Part shown: one piece after another, positions 12,365 to 24,110 of the stretch
Numbering within the stretch: position 1 is the stretch's first letter
Layout of the letters: each line of letters opens with the position of its first letter
Made by a program: the position numbers and the translations under genes
Notes under the pieces: model-generated
What the model was told of the DNA's origin: nothing
What the model saw: only the letters and a program-made list of their open reading frames with translations
The model's database searches: none
Source: Nemertoderma westbladi
Taxonomy: Eukaryota; Animalia; Xenacoelomorpha
Assembly (NCBI GenBank): GCA_032718475.1
Contig: JAUCBJ010001640.1
Coordinates: 6,842-70,841, forward strand
Direction of reading: 5' to 3'
Length of the DNA stretch: 64,000 nucleotides

Positions 12365-13295
12365 TTAAAGTTTACAGAAAACAGTCTTAATTAATACCAT
12401 GCATGTATGATAACCATGCATGAGAAGGTTAACTGTGACTGTCCAGAAATAGAATACTGGAATAGGCCTATTATATTATTAATAACTCTTGGTAAAAATT
12501 TAAATACTAACTTATAATTAACCTTCCTATCTTCGTATTGTCGATAATGCTTAAGTCCGCTCGTGGAGGAGAGAGGAAATGCTTGCTGTTCGTGAGAGAA
12601 TCCGTTGATGGTTGTAGTGTAACTTCATCTGATGCCACAGGATTTAGTAGATTTGGGATTTGAGTATCCTGTGATTCACTGTCAGTGATCATGACTAATA
12701 ATGCAGTACCGGTACTTGGAGAGTAGGCCTAAATTCTACGTTAACCAGTAAAGTTTTCTATTAAAATATATCAGAATAGTGATGAAATACTTGTACTTTG
12801 AATTTTATATATGCCATGCCCTACTAATCAGCTATTTGACCTTGAAGAATAATAATTTGCTGTATGTTCGATATCTAAACTTAAGAGTTAATAACTGGTT
12901 ATACTTACACAGTAAAATTCGCTGGCATTCATAATTGGCAGTGATTTTTTATGTCCTTTTATTTGACTTTTTTTTGTCATTTTTCTTTACGAATTATGCA
13001 TAATGACTTTTGTTGTCCTTTTAATGACTTTTATTGTCCTTTTAATGACTTTTTATGTATGTATTTCTTCAAACTGTCAGACTGCTGATTTCTGGACTGT
13101 CAGACAGTTGATTTCACTATGCCTGTTCCAAAACATTCCATGATTCCATGATTTATAGACTATGAGATAGATTTCCATATGCGCCTGTGGTAAAAAGACT
13201 CTATATTTAATAGTTTGTGGTTGTTGTCGATAATCGAATACCACATGACGTAGCAAAACACTCATTTTATAGCCAAAAACAATTACCAATTGATG

Positions 13296-14255
13296 GAAAG
13301 GAGCAGGTTAAGGCCGAGTTTTCTAACCAAAACAATAAACAGTCACTTTACCAAATCAGGGAAAGGAGCAGGTTACAGAGACGGGATTTTCTAACCAAAA
13401 TAATAAACGATCACTTAACTAATTGAGGGAAAGGAGCAGGTTACAGAGGCGGGATTTTCTAACCAAAACAATAAACGATCACTTAACTTATTGAGTGAAA
13501 GGAGCAGGTTACAGAGGCGGGATTTTCTAACCAAAACAATAAACGATCATTTAACTAATTGAGGGAAAGGGACAGGTTACAGAGGCTGAATTTTCTAACC
13601 AAAACAATAAACGATCACTTAACTAATTGAGGGAAAGGAGCAGGTTACAGAGGCGGGATTTTCTAACCAAAACAATAAACTATAACATTACCCATTGAGA
13701 GAAAGGAGCAGGTTACAGAGGCGGGATTTTCTAACCAAAACAATAAACGATCATTTAACTAATTGAGGGAAAGGGGCAGGTTAAAGAGGCGGGCCTTTCT
13801 AACCAAAACAATAAACGGTCACTTTACCAATTTAGGGAAAGGAGCAGGTTACAGAGGCGGGATTTTCTAACCAAAACAATAAACGACCATTTAACTAATT
13901 GAGGGAAAGGGGTAGGTTACAGAGGCGGGATTTTCTAACCAAAACAATAAACGATCATTTAACTAATTGAGGGAAAGGAGCAGGTTACGGAGACGGGATT
14001 TTCTAACCAAAACAATAAACGATAACATTACCAATTGAGAGAAAGGAGCAGGTTACAGAGGCGGGATTTTCTAACCCAAACAATAAACGATAACATTACC
14101 AATTGAGGGAGAGGAGCAGGTTACAGAGGCGGGATTTTCTAACCAAAACAATAAACGATCACTTAACTAATTGAGGGAAAGGAGCAGGTTAAGGCCGGAT
14201 TTTCTAACCAAAACAATAAACAGTCACTTTACCAAATCAGGGAAAGGAGCAGGTT
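13296..14255. repeat. 68-bp satellite, about 14 copies, related to the MITE-A interior
   Basis: GAAAGGAGCAGGTTACAGAGGCGGGATTTTCTAACCAAAACAATAAACGATCACTTAACTAATTGAGG, period seen at 13361, 13429, 13497. Confidence 0.93.
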
Positions 14256-16509
14256 ATCCGTAACACTACTCAGACAGTAGTCATGATCCATTATTGATTA
14301 TAAAACTAATACAGTAATAGGCCTAAATTATGTGAAAGGTATATCCACATTTTCCACAATCCTGCAATCCAGTTTGGCCTATCATTTATTTAAAATTTAT
14401 TAGCACAACTGGTAGGCCTACCATTACCGTATTTAAATAGTAGGCTACACAGTAGGCCTATAGCAGTACCAGTACCGTTATTGCGTTGACGCGGTTTGTG
14501 AACTGTGCTTCCCCAGCTAATAATTAGTCTGGTGTTCTACGTAATTCCATAAAAGGATTTTGGAGATTATGAAAACAATATAATTTTGGAATGCCAAGGT
14601 CATAGGGAGCTCGAAAACCAATGTTGGTATACGAATGGGTTTGACGAATTTTTTTTTCTGTCTGTCTTTATCAATTTAAGTGTTCACAATAACCACTGCT
14701 CATGTGACATTCATATTTTGCATGGTGATGGTCCTAACTAGGTCCATAACATACTAAATAAAACAGGTTACATCGGCGATGCAGAAATTACTCCAATCAT
14801 GGGAAATTATCAGGTTACTGTGGGGGTAGTTTCTAACCAAAACAATAAACGAAACTTAATAAAACACGTCACATGCGCAATTCAGAAATTGCACCCATCC
14901 TGGGAATGGAATAAGTTACAGTGACAGGGTTTTCTAAACAAAACAATAAACAATACTCACTAACACATGATACATAGGTGATACAGAGTGATTTCAAATC
15001 ATCGGAATATGCGCATACAGTACTTTCTGGGGAAAGAAATAAGGGTAGGTTTCAATAAAGGGTGTTTTCTAACCAAAACAATACTCAATAAAACAGGTTA
15101 TATCGTCGGTACAGAAATTTGACCAATCATGGGAAAGGAACATGTTACTGTGGCGGAATTTTAATACTATACATTAACATTACCATACAATACCATACAT
15201 TTATTGTAATATCATAATAGTTATATTGAACATATCGAGACTAAATCAAGCGAGTAAACTAGTAAAAATATCGCGTGCTGAAAAATATCGAGAGTAAAAT
15301 AAGCTATACTAACTTCAAACGAAAAAAAACATTAGCTTGTACTATACCATAGAAAATAAAATAAACAGTTATTTATTAAGAAAAATATCAATTTTCATAG
15401 CAATATTTTTTGTAAAACACTAGCTACTAACGAAAAAAATAGATATGTATGCTTGCTATAGTTTTTGTAAAAACACTACTGTAACAACAGTTAAATTTGC
15501 TACAATCAAAATGTAGGTTACCATCGATATCTTTTACTAACGATATTTTTCAACACTCAATATTTCTTCTCGCATTATTTTTCAAGTCTCAATATTTTTC
15601 ACCAAAACCATAAATGAAACACGTTTGTGAAGCTTTCGCATAGCACGAGACTTAATTAATCTGAAAAGTTGTAATCCGAAAACTTGTTTAAATTTACAAT
15701 ATGCCACCATGAGACTGACAGAGGAACTGACTTAATCTGTTGGTACGCAAAATTATGAATAAAGCTTTAGGTACTGAACATTAGGGTGGATCGAATTTTG
15801 CAAAAGTTGGAAATCAAAGAATGGCTAGTGCTAAAAAGTGGCTAATGGGCTTTAGAAATATGCATGCAAAATATTTTTTAATTTGATTAAATCCTTGCTC
15901 CCCCCCAAAGCCTCTGAAGTTTGAAAAGTAGAGGCGCGATAATGCGTTTGAAAACGGTCAGTCTATTTGAAGGTTTTAGCGCTTCTATTCACTCCCTTGA
16001 GCTTATTTTAGTCTCATTCGAAGCGCAATAGTCGATTTAGTTATGAAATATTTAATTTCTGTACGCTAGGGACAATATTTTGTTCACTGAGCTCAATTTT
16101 GTCGTTTTTTATGTCCAAAAACATACTCCGGTGAAGCTGCATAATAAGTGTGATAAGCTCCAATTATCCGAAATTAGTAAATCTGAATTTGATGCACTTC
16201 TGTGGCCCTATGGAGCCATATTTGTGCTCTTTTAAATCATAATGGTCGATTTACATGGGGTAGAATGAATGATAAGCATGATTTGCTGTTGAAATTCCAA
16301 GGTATAAAAAATTTGTTAATATGTTAATTGTTTGTTGAATATTTCATGTTTCAATCCCTTTATATAAACTAAATATGTAAACATATTTAAGAGTTAACTA
16401 AAGTATTATAATATCAATGTTTGATTAAAACCCAAAGTAAATATTCTATTATAAATATACAGTAGGTTTGTGTGGTATCTGTCAGAGAGCTCAGTTAAAG
16501 TATATTAGA

Positions 16510-18756
16510 TCAGACCGTGTAGTCTTTCTTGCTTTCGAAGCTCTTCATCTTAGAGTAAGATCTCAGCTTGTTGCGAATTGCTCCATCTCGCCTTGTAAAG
16601 CCACACACGGCCACTGAAACCTCAGTGACAAGTTTAACAATCCTCTCTACAGCTTGTGTGTGGCAAGCAAACCGTGGAAATGGAAAGTCTATATCAGCAG
16701 TTCCTTCTAAACTATTGCGAATTAAATCAGTTGGTATGTGCTTTGTAAGTGGGGGTTCATACTTGGCTGTGGTCCAGTCAATTAAATCATAGTAATTTAC
16801 GGCACTAAAGTTTATTACTGGGACTCTGAATGACCTGACACATTCTGTTGAAGATACTTCTAAAGACCTGTACTTTAATATTCTCCTTAAGGCCAGTTGT
16901 TGTATTCCCTTATCCTCGTCAAACAACATAGACAGAAGAACGTTTTCTTCATGTGCAAAGAAGGCATTCCGTTGTATAGTAGTGTCTACAATGTCCCGCA
17001 TATCAGTTGACAGGTATCTGGTGTACTGTATAAGGCAAAGCAGATGTTTAGGTCCAAAGATGCATTCCCACTGACACTTTACATTGAACCATATTGGAGC
17101 ATAAGCATTTAGGATGTAAGAAGTAAGAGTAACCAGATTCGGGTGAGGATCTTTACAAGATACATAAAGCCGAAGTATACGACATCCAAGAGTTAACCAC
17201 CTGGAATGTGACAGTGGTCCTGGAAGCTTCTTTGCAAGATCTGAAGAGCAAACACCAGACTGTATGGCAATACACATATCATACAAATATCGCTGATCAT
17301 CACTGAGGTCATGTCTGACTTTAGCAGGAACAACTGGTAGGTTTGGTGCTGGAATGGGTTTAAAGGAGACCAGGTCAGGTAGACTAACAAATGCCAATGA
17401 CTTGCCAATTACACCAGTAAATGATTTAGGCCCTGAAGTGACTCCATCCAGGTGAACCAGAATATGTCGTAGTGGAAGTTCATTTAAATGTAGTTGGCAT
17501 ATAAACCACTGCAATGGACGACCATAAATAACTTCCAATAACCTAATAATGCCTCCAAGATGACCAGTATTAACTGCAGTCCCATCTGACCCCACAGCCA
17601 CCAACTTTTCAGTTGCAATATCTCTCTCCAGAAGATATTTACTTATTGCTACAGAGATACTAACTGCATCCCCACCATCTGGAGTGATATGGCCAATATA
17701 AGCAGAGCCAGGCTCTGATAATAATGATATATGTTCTTCTTTTGCAGTCCGATAGTAATATTTGTTACCAATCATCTCCTGTATTAGGGTTAAATCTTTG
17801 CGACCATCAAAATATAATCCATAGAGATCAGTGTCAGGTGTGTTAATTTCTATATTTCGCTGTTTCTCTCTCTCACGCCGAATTTTCATTCGGTCAATGA
17901 CACTAGTAGTATCCTCAGTGTGTACAATTCCAAAATCCTGCAACACTGCTGTAGCAATAGATGCAGCAGCTCGATCAGATACCCCATGTCTATCGCATTC
18001 ACGGGATAATGTTGGTAATTCATGTCTCATTTGGTGAACAGATCGTTGGACAGCACTTTCAGAATCAGGCCTACAACTAACATCCGACCATGAAGTTGAT
18101 GGTATTGGATCATACTCAACCATGGGAGCCTTTGATTCAGCATCATCATCTGAAGAAGTATAATCAACATCAGTTACTGAATTCACAATTGGAGAGACCT
18201 GATGTGGGACAAATTGAAGTTGTCTAGAGAGTTTTCGCTTGCGCCTCTGTTCAATTTGATTAGTTAGTGGTACATCAACACCTGCTATCATCATTTGACG
18301 GTCGCCACGTTGGTCTAACAAAAATGACCGTTCTTCTTCTGGCACTCTAAGTTCTCTGGCGCAAGAGCATGTCAAAAAGTCTTTACATTTACACGTTGTT
18401 ATATCAAAGAGTGTTGAATCTGCATGTTGTCTAAACTTAGCAAGCTGTTGCTTTCTATCAACATGCTTGAGAATCTTTATGTAATTTGCATGGTAAGCAA
18501 GAAGCTTGTCCACAATCCTCTTATGGGAGTTGTAAGGTAATGATGCTCTAGTCCACAGTTTCTCCAATTGACCAGCAACCATTTTATATATATCCAATGA
18601 TGGCATTGTTTTTGTAACTCCAGTCGTTGTATCCAATTTCCTTATGTACTGATAGTACCTCAAAACGTCGCCATGGGTTGGCAAACATGTTGTTGGGAGA
18701 TCAGCAGGTGCTCTAATTACTGGGCAGGCTGTTTGTGTTCTAAGAAGTGCCATCAC
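16510..18756 (-). CDS. hATm-like DDE transposase, 748 aa
   Basis: YFDGRKD, EEHISLLSEPG..YIGH, GSDGTAVNTG..GG.IRLLE, QWFICQLHLNELP (CxxH), HSRWLT, CHTQAVERIVKLVTE; N-terminal Cys cluster CKCK..CSC. Confidence 0.9.
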   Translation of the reverse strand: MMALLRTQTACPVIRAPADLPTTCLPTHGDVLRYYQYIRKLDTTTGVTKTMPSLDIYKMVAGQLEKLWTRASLPYNSHKRIVDKLLAYHANYIKILKHVDRKQQLAKFRQHADSTLFDITTCKCKDFLTCSCARELRVPEEERSFLLDQRGDRQMMIAGVDVPLTNQIEQRRKRKLSRQLQFVPHQVSPIVNSVTDVDYTSSDDDAESKAPMVEYDPIPSTSWSDVSCRPDSESAVQRSVHQMRHELPTLSRECDRHGVSDRAAASIATAVLQDFGIVHTEDTTSVIDRMKIRREREKQRNIEINTPDTDLYGLYFDGRKDLTLIQEMIGNKYYYRTAKEEHISLLSEPGSAYIGHITPDGGDAVSISVAISKYLLERDIATEKLVAVGSDGTAVNTGHLGGIIRLLEVIYGRPLQWFICQLHLNELPLRHILVHLDGVTSGPKSFTGVIGKSLAFVSLPDLVSFKPIPAPNLPVVPAKVRHDLSDDQRYLYDMCIAIQSGVCSSDLAKKLPGPLSHSRWLTLGCRILRLYVSCKDPHPNLVTLTSYILNAYAPIWFNVKCQWECIFGPKHLLCLIQYTRYLSTDMRDIVDTTIQRNAFFAHEENVLLSMLFDEDKGIQQLALRRILKYRSLEVSSTECVRSFRVPVINFSAVNYYDLIDWTTAKYEPPLTKHIPTDLIRNSLEGTADIDFPFPRFACHTQAVERIVKLVTEVSVAVCGFTRRDGAIRNKLRSYSKMKSFESKKDYTV

Positions 18757-18992
18757 TAAAAGACTAGACTAGTACAGAGTACAGAAACATTAGTACATTG
18801 GGTAATGTAGGCCTATTGACATGACAGTGACACTACTATCTCCATACCTCTTACCTATGAAAGTACCATTGACCTACTGCCCTGAATCTACTGTCTGATA
18901 GTACCCACATCTCTCAATATGCCTAACATTGAGTAAAACTGCATCAGGCATTACTGTTTACTAATTCACAATAAGTCTACCCTAAACTACTA

Positions 18993-19195
18993 TACTGACA
19001 TTGTCTACAGACTGTCTGACTGTAGTATTGCAACAATGAACAGGGCAACCATACCCTACGCTACTGACATTGTCTACAGACAGTCTGACTGTAGTAATCC
19101 AATACTGAACAGGGAAACCACACCATACACTACTGACATTTTATACAGACTGCCTGAAGTCTGACGGTAGTAATAATCCAACAATGAACACTGCT
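18993..19195. repeat. Three 69-bp tandem repeats upstream of the transposase ORF
   Basis: TACTGACATT...CTGACTGTAGTA...TGAACAGGG at 18993, 19062 and 19131. Confidence 0.8.
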
Positions 19196-21088
19196 GGGCC
19201 TCTACACTCCTATACTGGTACTGCCTGAATTCATTACATGATTGCCTGAATGGAACAATTGTAATACAAATATAATACTTTCAATTTGCCACAATATAGA
19301 AGTGGAATATATGAATATATTTATTTTATACATCCGAAAGCACAAAAATGAGCAGAGTGAGGAAAATAGTGGCTGCCATGCCCAGAACCTAAATATTAAA
19401 TAACTAAATCGACCAATGCGCTTTGAATAAGCCCAAAGTGAGCTCAAGGGAGTGACTAGAAGTGCTATAACCTTCATATAGTCTAGCCGATTTACTACCG
19501 CCTTATCGCGCCTATCTTTATCAAAATTCAGAGGCTTTGGGGGGGAGCAAGGACTTAACCAAATTAAAAAATATTTTGCATGCATAGTTCTTAAGCCCAT
19601 GTGCCACTTTTTAGCACTAGCCATTCTTTGATTTCCAACTTTTGCAAAATTCGATCCACCCTAATGGGCAGATCTATACAAACTCAAGGTTCCCCAGGTT
19701 CCATGCAGCATCGAAGAACTATCCACTTTAGTTTATGGCCATGTGGCTGAGTTCAATCAGCATATAGGGACCCTCACACATGAGCTACAGACCATGCAGC
19801 CTGACCCTAGAACAAACCCAGCTGCATATTTCGAGGTTAAGGAAATAGTTTGCAGAATCAGGCTAGTTTTATCCGCCTTTCGGGAAGTAGCTAGTAGACA
19901 TCAGGATGCAGAGCTCGCTTCCATAGTCATCAGGCAGTTAGCGGAAGTAGCGATAACTGCGGGGAAGGCACTTGCACTCAAAAGGCTGCACGGGCCGACC
20001 ATTCCCCAATGTGTGGACATAGACTGTTCGGGCACCATAGCACAGGGTAACCTAAATACCGATTCAGAAGATTCAGGAGAAGGAGAGGGCATTGATGCAA
20101 TATCCCGATACCTACGGCCCTTTATAGCCATAGTAGGAGAGGCAGAACTGATTAGGAGGTTAAAGGGTTTAGCCCCCTCTAGCCCCAAATCAATGGCAGT
20201 TCTAGAAGACAAATAGAGGCTAAGTGCGATATGCAAGCACAAGCAGAAGAGCATGCGGCTGATAAGGAAATCTTAGAAATGGTGTTGCGGTTAAACGCAA
20301 ACCATCTGCGTAATAAAACCGGTAAGCGCGCCGATGAATTACAGCTGGAAGCAGCTAAGTTACAATTAGAAGCTGCTAAGGAAACAACTAAGTTACAGTT
20401 GGAAGCCGAACAGAGGGAAAGCGAGCCCGTGGAAGCTGATATAGCTTTACGAAACCAAATAGTGCTAAAAAGATTAGGCAGAAATCAACACAAGGAGAAG
20501 TTAGGTTTTAATAAAGGACGAGATAGGCCAAATAAAGGGACTTATGCTTCGTCGGATGAAGGAAACTCAACCGACGCTAGTGAAAGTGGTGGCAACTCTC
20601 GAAGCAGAAGAAAGAGAGCTGTTAGAGTGGCACTGTCGGACCTGCCTCCATATAATAGACACAGGATACCCCCAAAGCAGACGGATTTAGATCATCCGAG
20701 ACTGCTGGATTCGCCCCCCCCCCCCCCCCTGGGTAGGTTACAGGAGGAAGATGAGCCAAGCGACCCCCGGTTTGAGATCTATATAGATCCACGGGAATGG
20801 GAACCACCTCGGTTGGTTGCAGTCCCATTGCATGGTACATCAGCCGAGTCGATCGATCCAGTAGTAGTCCCACACTTGACTATAACAGCAACCCCCTACC
20901 GCAATAGAGATGTTGTACCACCAGTAGGGGCCCCACTTGTAACTAAAGATATACCAAGCGAAGACCCAATCTCCCACAATAATCCACACATAGCTCGTAC
21001 AGAGCACCCCAGACATAGCTACCTGTCTTAGTACCTTATCCAGGACAAAGGACGATAGAATGTCATTTGGCACTGGAATATACCCAAT

Positions 21089-21267
21089 GGATGTCGGACA
21101 ATTCGGTCCCGGACAATTCGGTCCCAGACAATTCGGTCCGGACAATTCGATCCCGGACAATTCGGTCCCAAAACACTAAATAAATGGGACCGAATTATCC
21201 GGGACTGAATTGTTCTAGGACTGAATTGTCCGGGACCGAATTGTCCTTGACCGAATTGTCCGGTTCC
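21089..21267. mobile_element. Foldback-type MITE made of 15-bp repeats
   Basis: (GGACAATTCGGTCCC)n, spacer, (GGGACCGAATTGTCC)n. Confidence 0.8.
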
Positions 21268-21998
21268 TGATATTTTTTAGCAACTTTTTAGTGCTTTTTT
21301 GAAATTGGTAAATGTTCTAGAACATTTGTAGAGATATTTGTTATGGTAGCTAGTGTTATTTACTTGTTAGAATTTTTTGAAATTTTAAAAATACTGTATT
21401 TTTTTTTATTTTTGTTATTGGTAGTGTTCGAGAATAGGGGATATAGAAGGGGACAGAGAAAAGGGGATATAAGGGGAGAGGAGCATGAGTTCGAAGCCCA
21501 ACTCTTGGAAGAGAGGTGGGGGTCGGAGACCTCAGACGAGTTTCGGCTGGAGGACGAACTGGGTTGGATGGAAGAAACACCGAGACAGTCAACATCGGGG
21601 TTGCAAGGTATGCCCATGCCAGCGGGCTCTGAGGGCGACATTTGGAGGAGGAGACCGAGGGAGGTAGAAGGGTGGAAGGCTATGGGCGGACACCAGGTTG
21701 GAAAGGGATGCAGTGGATCAACCAGGCTACCGGGTTCGGATCTGCTCCCGGCGGGGGAAGAAGAAGACGAGTTCGGGGTGATGCTGCTGATAGAGAGGAT
21801 TGCGGCCCCAGCAGGGGAAGAGGGGGAGGACGAGTTCAGGGCGATGCCGCTGATAGCGAGGATCGGCCACTCAGATACGGACTGGGTGGACGGAAGGGTG
21901 GTGACGGCCAGAGGGGCAAGGGCCTTCTGGGACAAACCCGGTAAGCGGGCCTGGGAGCATGGGAAGCCGGCAATGGACTTTGCGGTGAGTACGATCAG

Positions 21999-22886
21999 TT
22001 GGGCGAGCAACCGGGTATGGCACCATGGGTAGTGTTTGGAGAAACAATGCCGAGGGTGGAGGAGGACATCAACATGGGTAGGGAGGACAGCATCCAGATG
22101 TTCGCCTACGAGCGGCTCCATAGACCCAGGAGGCCACGCGGAGCCAAGGACGACTTGGGGCGAGACACAATAGTACACGGTTTCGATTACTGTGGGAGAT
22201 TAACCCATCATCAAAAGAACTGTCTATACCGTTTCCAGAAGGGGACGGCGTGTCTCTACTGATGCGAGTCAACCCATAAGATGGGTGTGTGTCCGAGGTT
22301 GCACAACAGATGTTCAAAGTGCAAGTTTTGAGGGCACTTTGAGCACCAGTGCGACTGGATGGGTGATGAGGAGAAGTTCCAGATCTTCGAGGAGTGGGCT
22401 GACGTCGGAGTCATGACACGACAAAGTATGAAGGCCCAGGAGTTCTGGTGGGGCTTCTTTAGCATTAACGTGGAAGCCCACCAGGATATCACCAAAAGGA
22501 AACTACCATTCACGTATCAGGAGGTAGCGACAGCGGCATCGTACGGAGGGGTCATCAACACCCAAAGATACCAAGACAGATGGTCACCAGAAAATAGGAT
22601 CGAATTCAGGGACTTTCTGGGGGAACACATGCTGCGGTCGATGAAAATGATCTTGTGGGTCGCTACCAGAGGGAGACAGGAGGGACACTCAGTGGGACCA
22701 CCTGCGAAGCGATACCGGGAGTTGATAACACCTGCGCCCAAAGAACCAACAACGGGGCTTGGTAAGACGGTATCGGCGAGGATGAGCAGCCTCAAGGATA
22801 AACAGGAAGGAAAGAAACGCCCCAGGCAAGATAACGATAGGGGCAAGGAGCTCAGATGGCTCCAGAAGACGGGAGGAGCAAATTAG
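21999..22886 (+). pseudogene. Disrupted ORF with two Cys/His zinc-finger motifs inside the LTR remnant
   Basis: The 21999 and 22359 ORFs are in the same frame; read-through gives CLY*CESTHKMGVCPRLHNRCSKCKF*GHFEHQC. Confidence 0.6.
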
Positions 22887-23575
22887 AACTCAGGAACAGG
22901 GGTATGGGTCTGCCTGGAAGGCACCACATGAACGGAACAGTGCAAACTCCTAATTGCAATTAATTAAGTGCAATTAGTATGTACGTACGTAAAATTAATT
23001 AATTAATACCCAATATAATCAATGTAAGTACTATAGTCAAATATAACCTTTTCCAACTAGCTACTGGGATTGGGGACCAATTGACTTGACTAGGAAGACG
23101 TGACATTAGACGGATCTCACTGACATCGTGCACACATGCGTGGGACCCGATGAGAGTGTGGGGAGTGACAATAAAAGGGGTTGAGTATAAGGAAATTAGG
23201 GAAGCATGGGGAGAAGGTGCTAGAGCAGAAGAAGTGAAAGAAGTGCGAGATTCAAATGTGGGGGGGCGAGCATAAACGAGGATGAGTCCCAAGGGACTGG
23301 TGAGAGTGGAAGGGACAACAAAGTCCGTGAGGAAAATTGTGTGAGGAGTGAGGGCAATCATCTAAAACAGAGACGCCAGATACCTTGGTACAACATAGCT
23401 CGCATATGTACCAAGGATGGGTAGTGATAACAGACCCATGGGGTCCGGCCTGGAAAGCCGACCCCGAGAAGAAAATTCCACCCCACATCCAATATTAGAT
23501 TGTGTTCCAGCGGAATTGAAGTGCACTTAAGGTTGATGCTATCTTCTCACTGGGAAGATAGCATGGGGGGGGGGG

Positions 23576-24110
23576 TGTAAGCGGTTTCAATTCTGTGCAC
23601 TACCCACCGAAAATGGGATTAGTGGCATTTTACCAATATAGTTGGCGATGTGAGATTACCAATAATAATCTCACCTCATAACCAACTGGAGCGACACGCC
23701 ACAAGCCACAGAGAGAGGTGAGAGGTCAAACCACCTCAGAAGGAGAAACAAGCTAGTAAGGCTAGCACCAAGGGACAGGGCCAACAGGGAGTGGCGGGGT
23801 GACAATTAATCAGGTTAAGCCAATAGTCAGCGGGAAAGCACATTGGGGAGGACAAGAGCGCATATATTGGATATTAAGGCCGCCCTGTAGAGTAGGCCTA
23901 ATGTAATATGTGTCAATGATATAGCCGTTGTGATTACTGATTATTAGTTAGTTGATTTCCTACAGTTGTGAGACCTGAATAGTTTTGACTGTCATCGTTA
24001 CTGTTTGTATTGCATATTATTATATTCAGACTGCGCTATTATCAATTGCTATGATTATTAACACTGACAATTAACTCTGTGTTTTTCTACGGCCTTTGGC
24101 CTAATATACA
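23576..24110 (+). repeat. Putative LTR (TGTA...TACA)
   Basis: Starts after the PPT; ATTAAA near 24057 then ..AATATACA. The 3' boundary is inferred because no second copy is in the window. Confidence 0.5.

Larger units (their letters stand above)
15782..19663 (-). mobile_element. Autonomous hAT-superfamily (hATm-like) DNA transposon
   Basis: Imperfect TIRs of about 330 bp starting TAGGGTGGATCGAATTTTGC (first about 60 bp identical) around an uninterrupted transposase ORF. Confidence 0.88.
19665..24110 (+). mobile_element. Decayed LTR retroelement, 3' part (no pol seen) ending in PPT and putative LTR
   Basis: GC-rich broken ORFs; hairpin ATGCTATCTT..AAGATAGCAT then an 11-G polypurine tract directly before TGTAA at 23576. 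Confidence 0.6.

Noticed and set aside
19202-19624. 140-aa ORF
   Set aside because: Lies in the hAT TIR/subterminal region with no recognisable motifs.
22260-22331. In-frame TGA codons as selenocysteine or recoding
   Set aside because: Context fits Arg (CGA->TGA by CpG decay) in a decayed TE; no SECIS evident.
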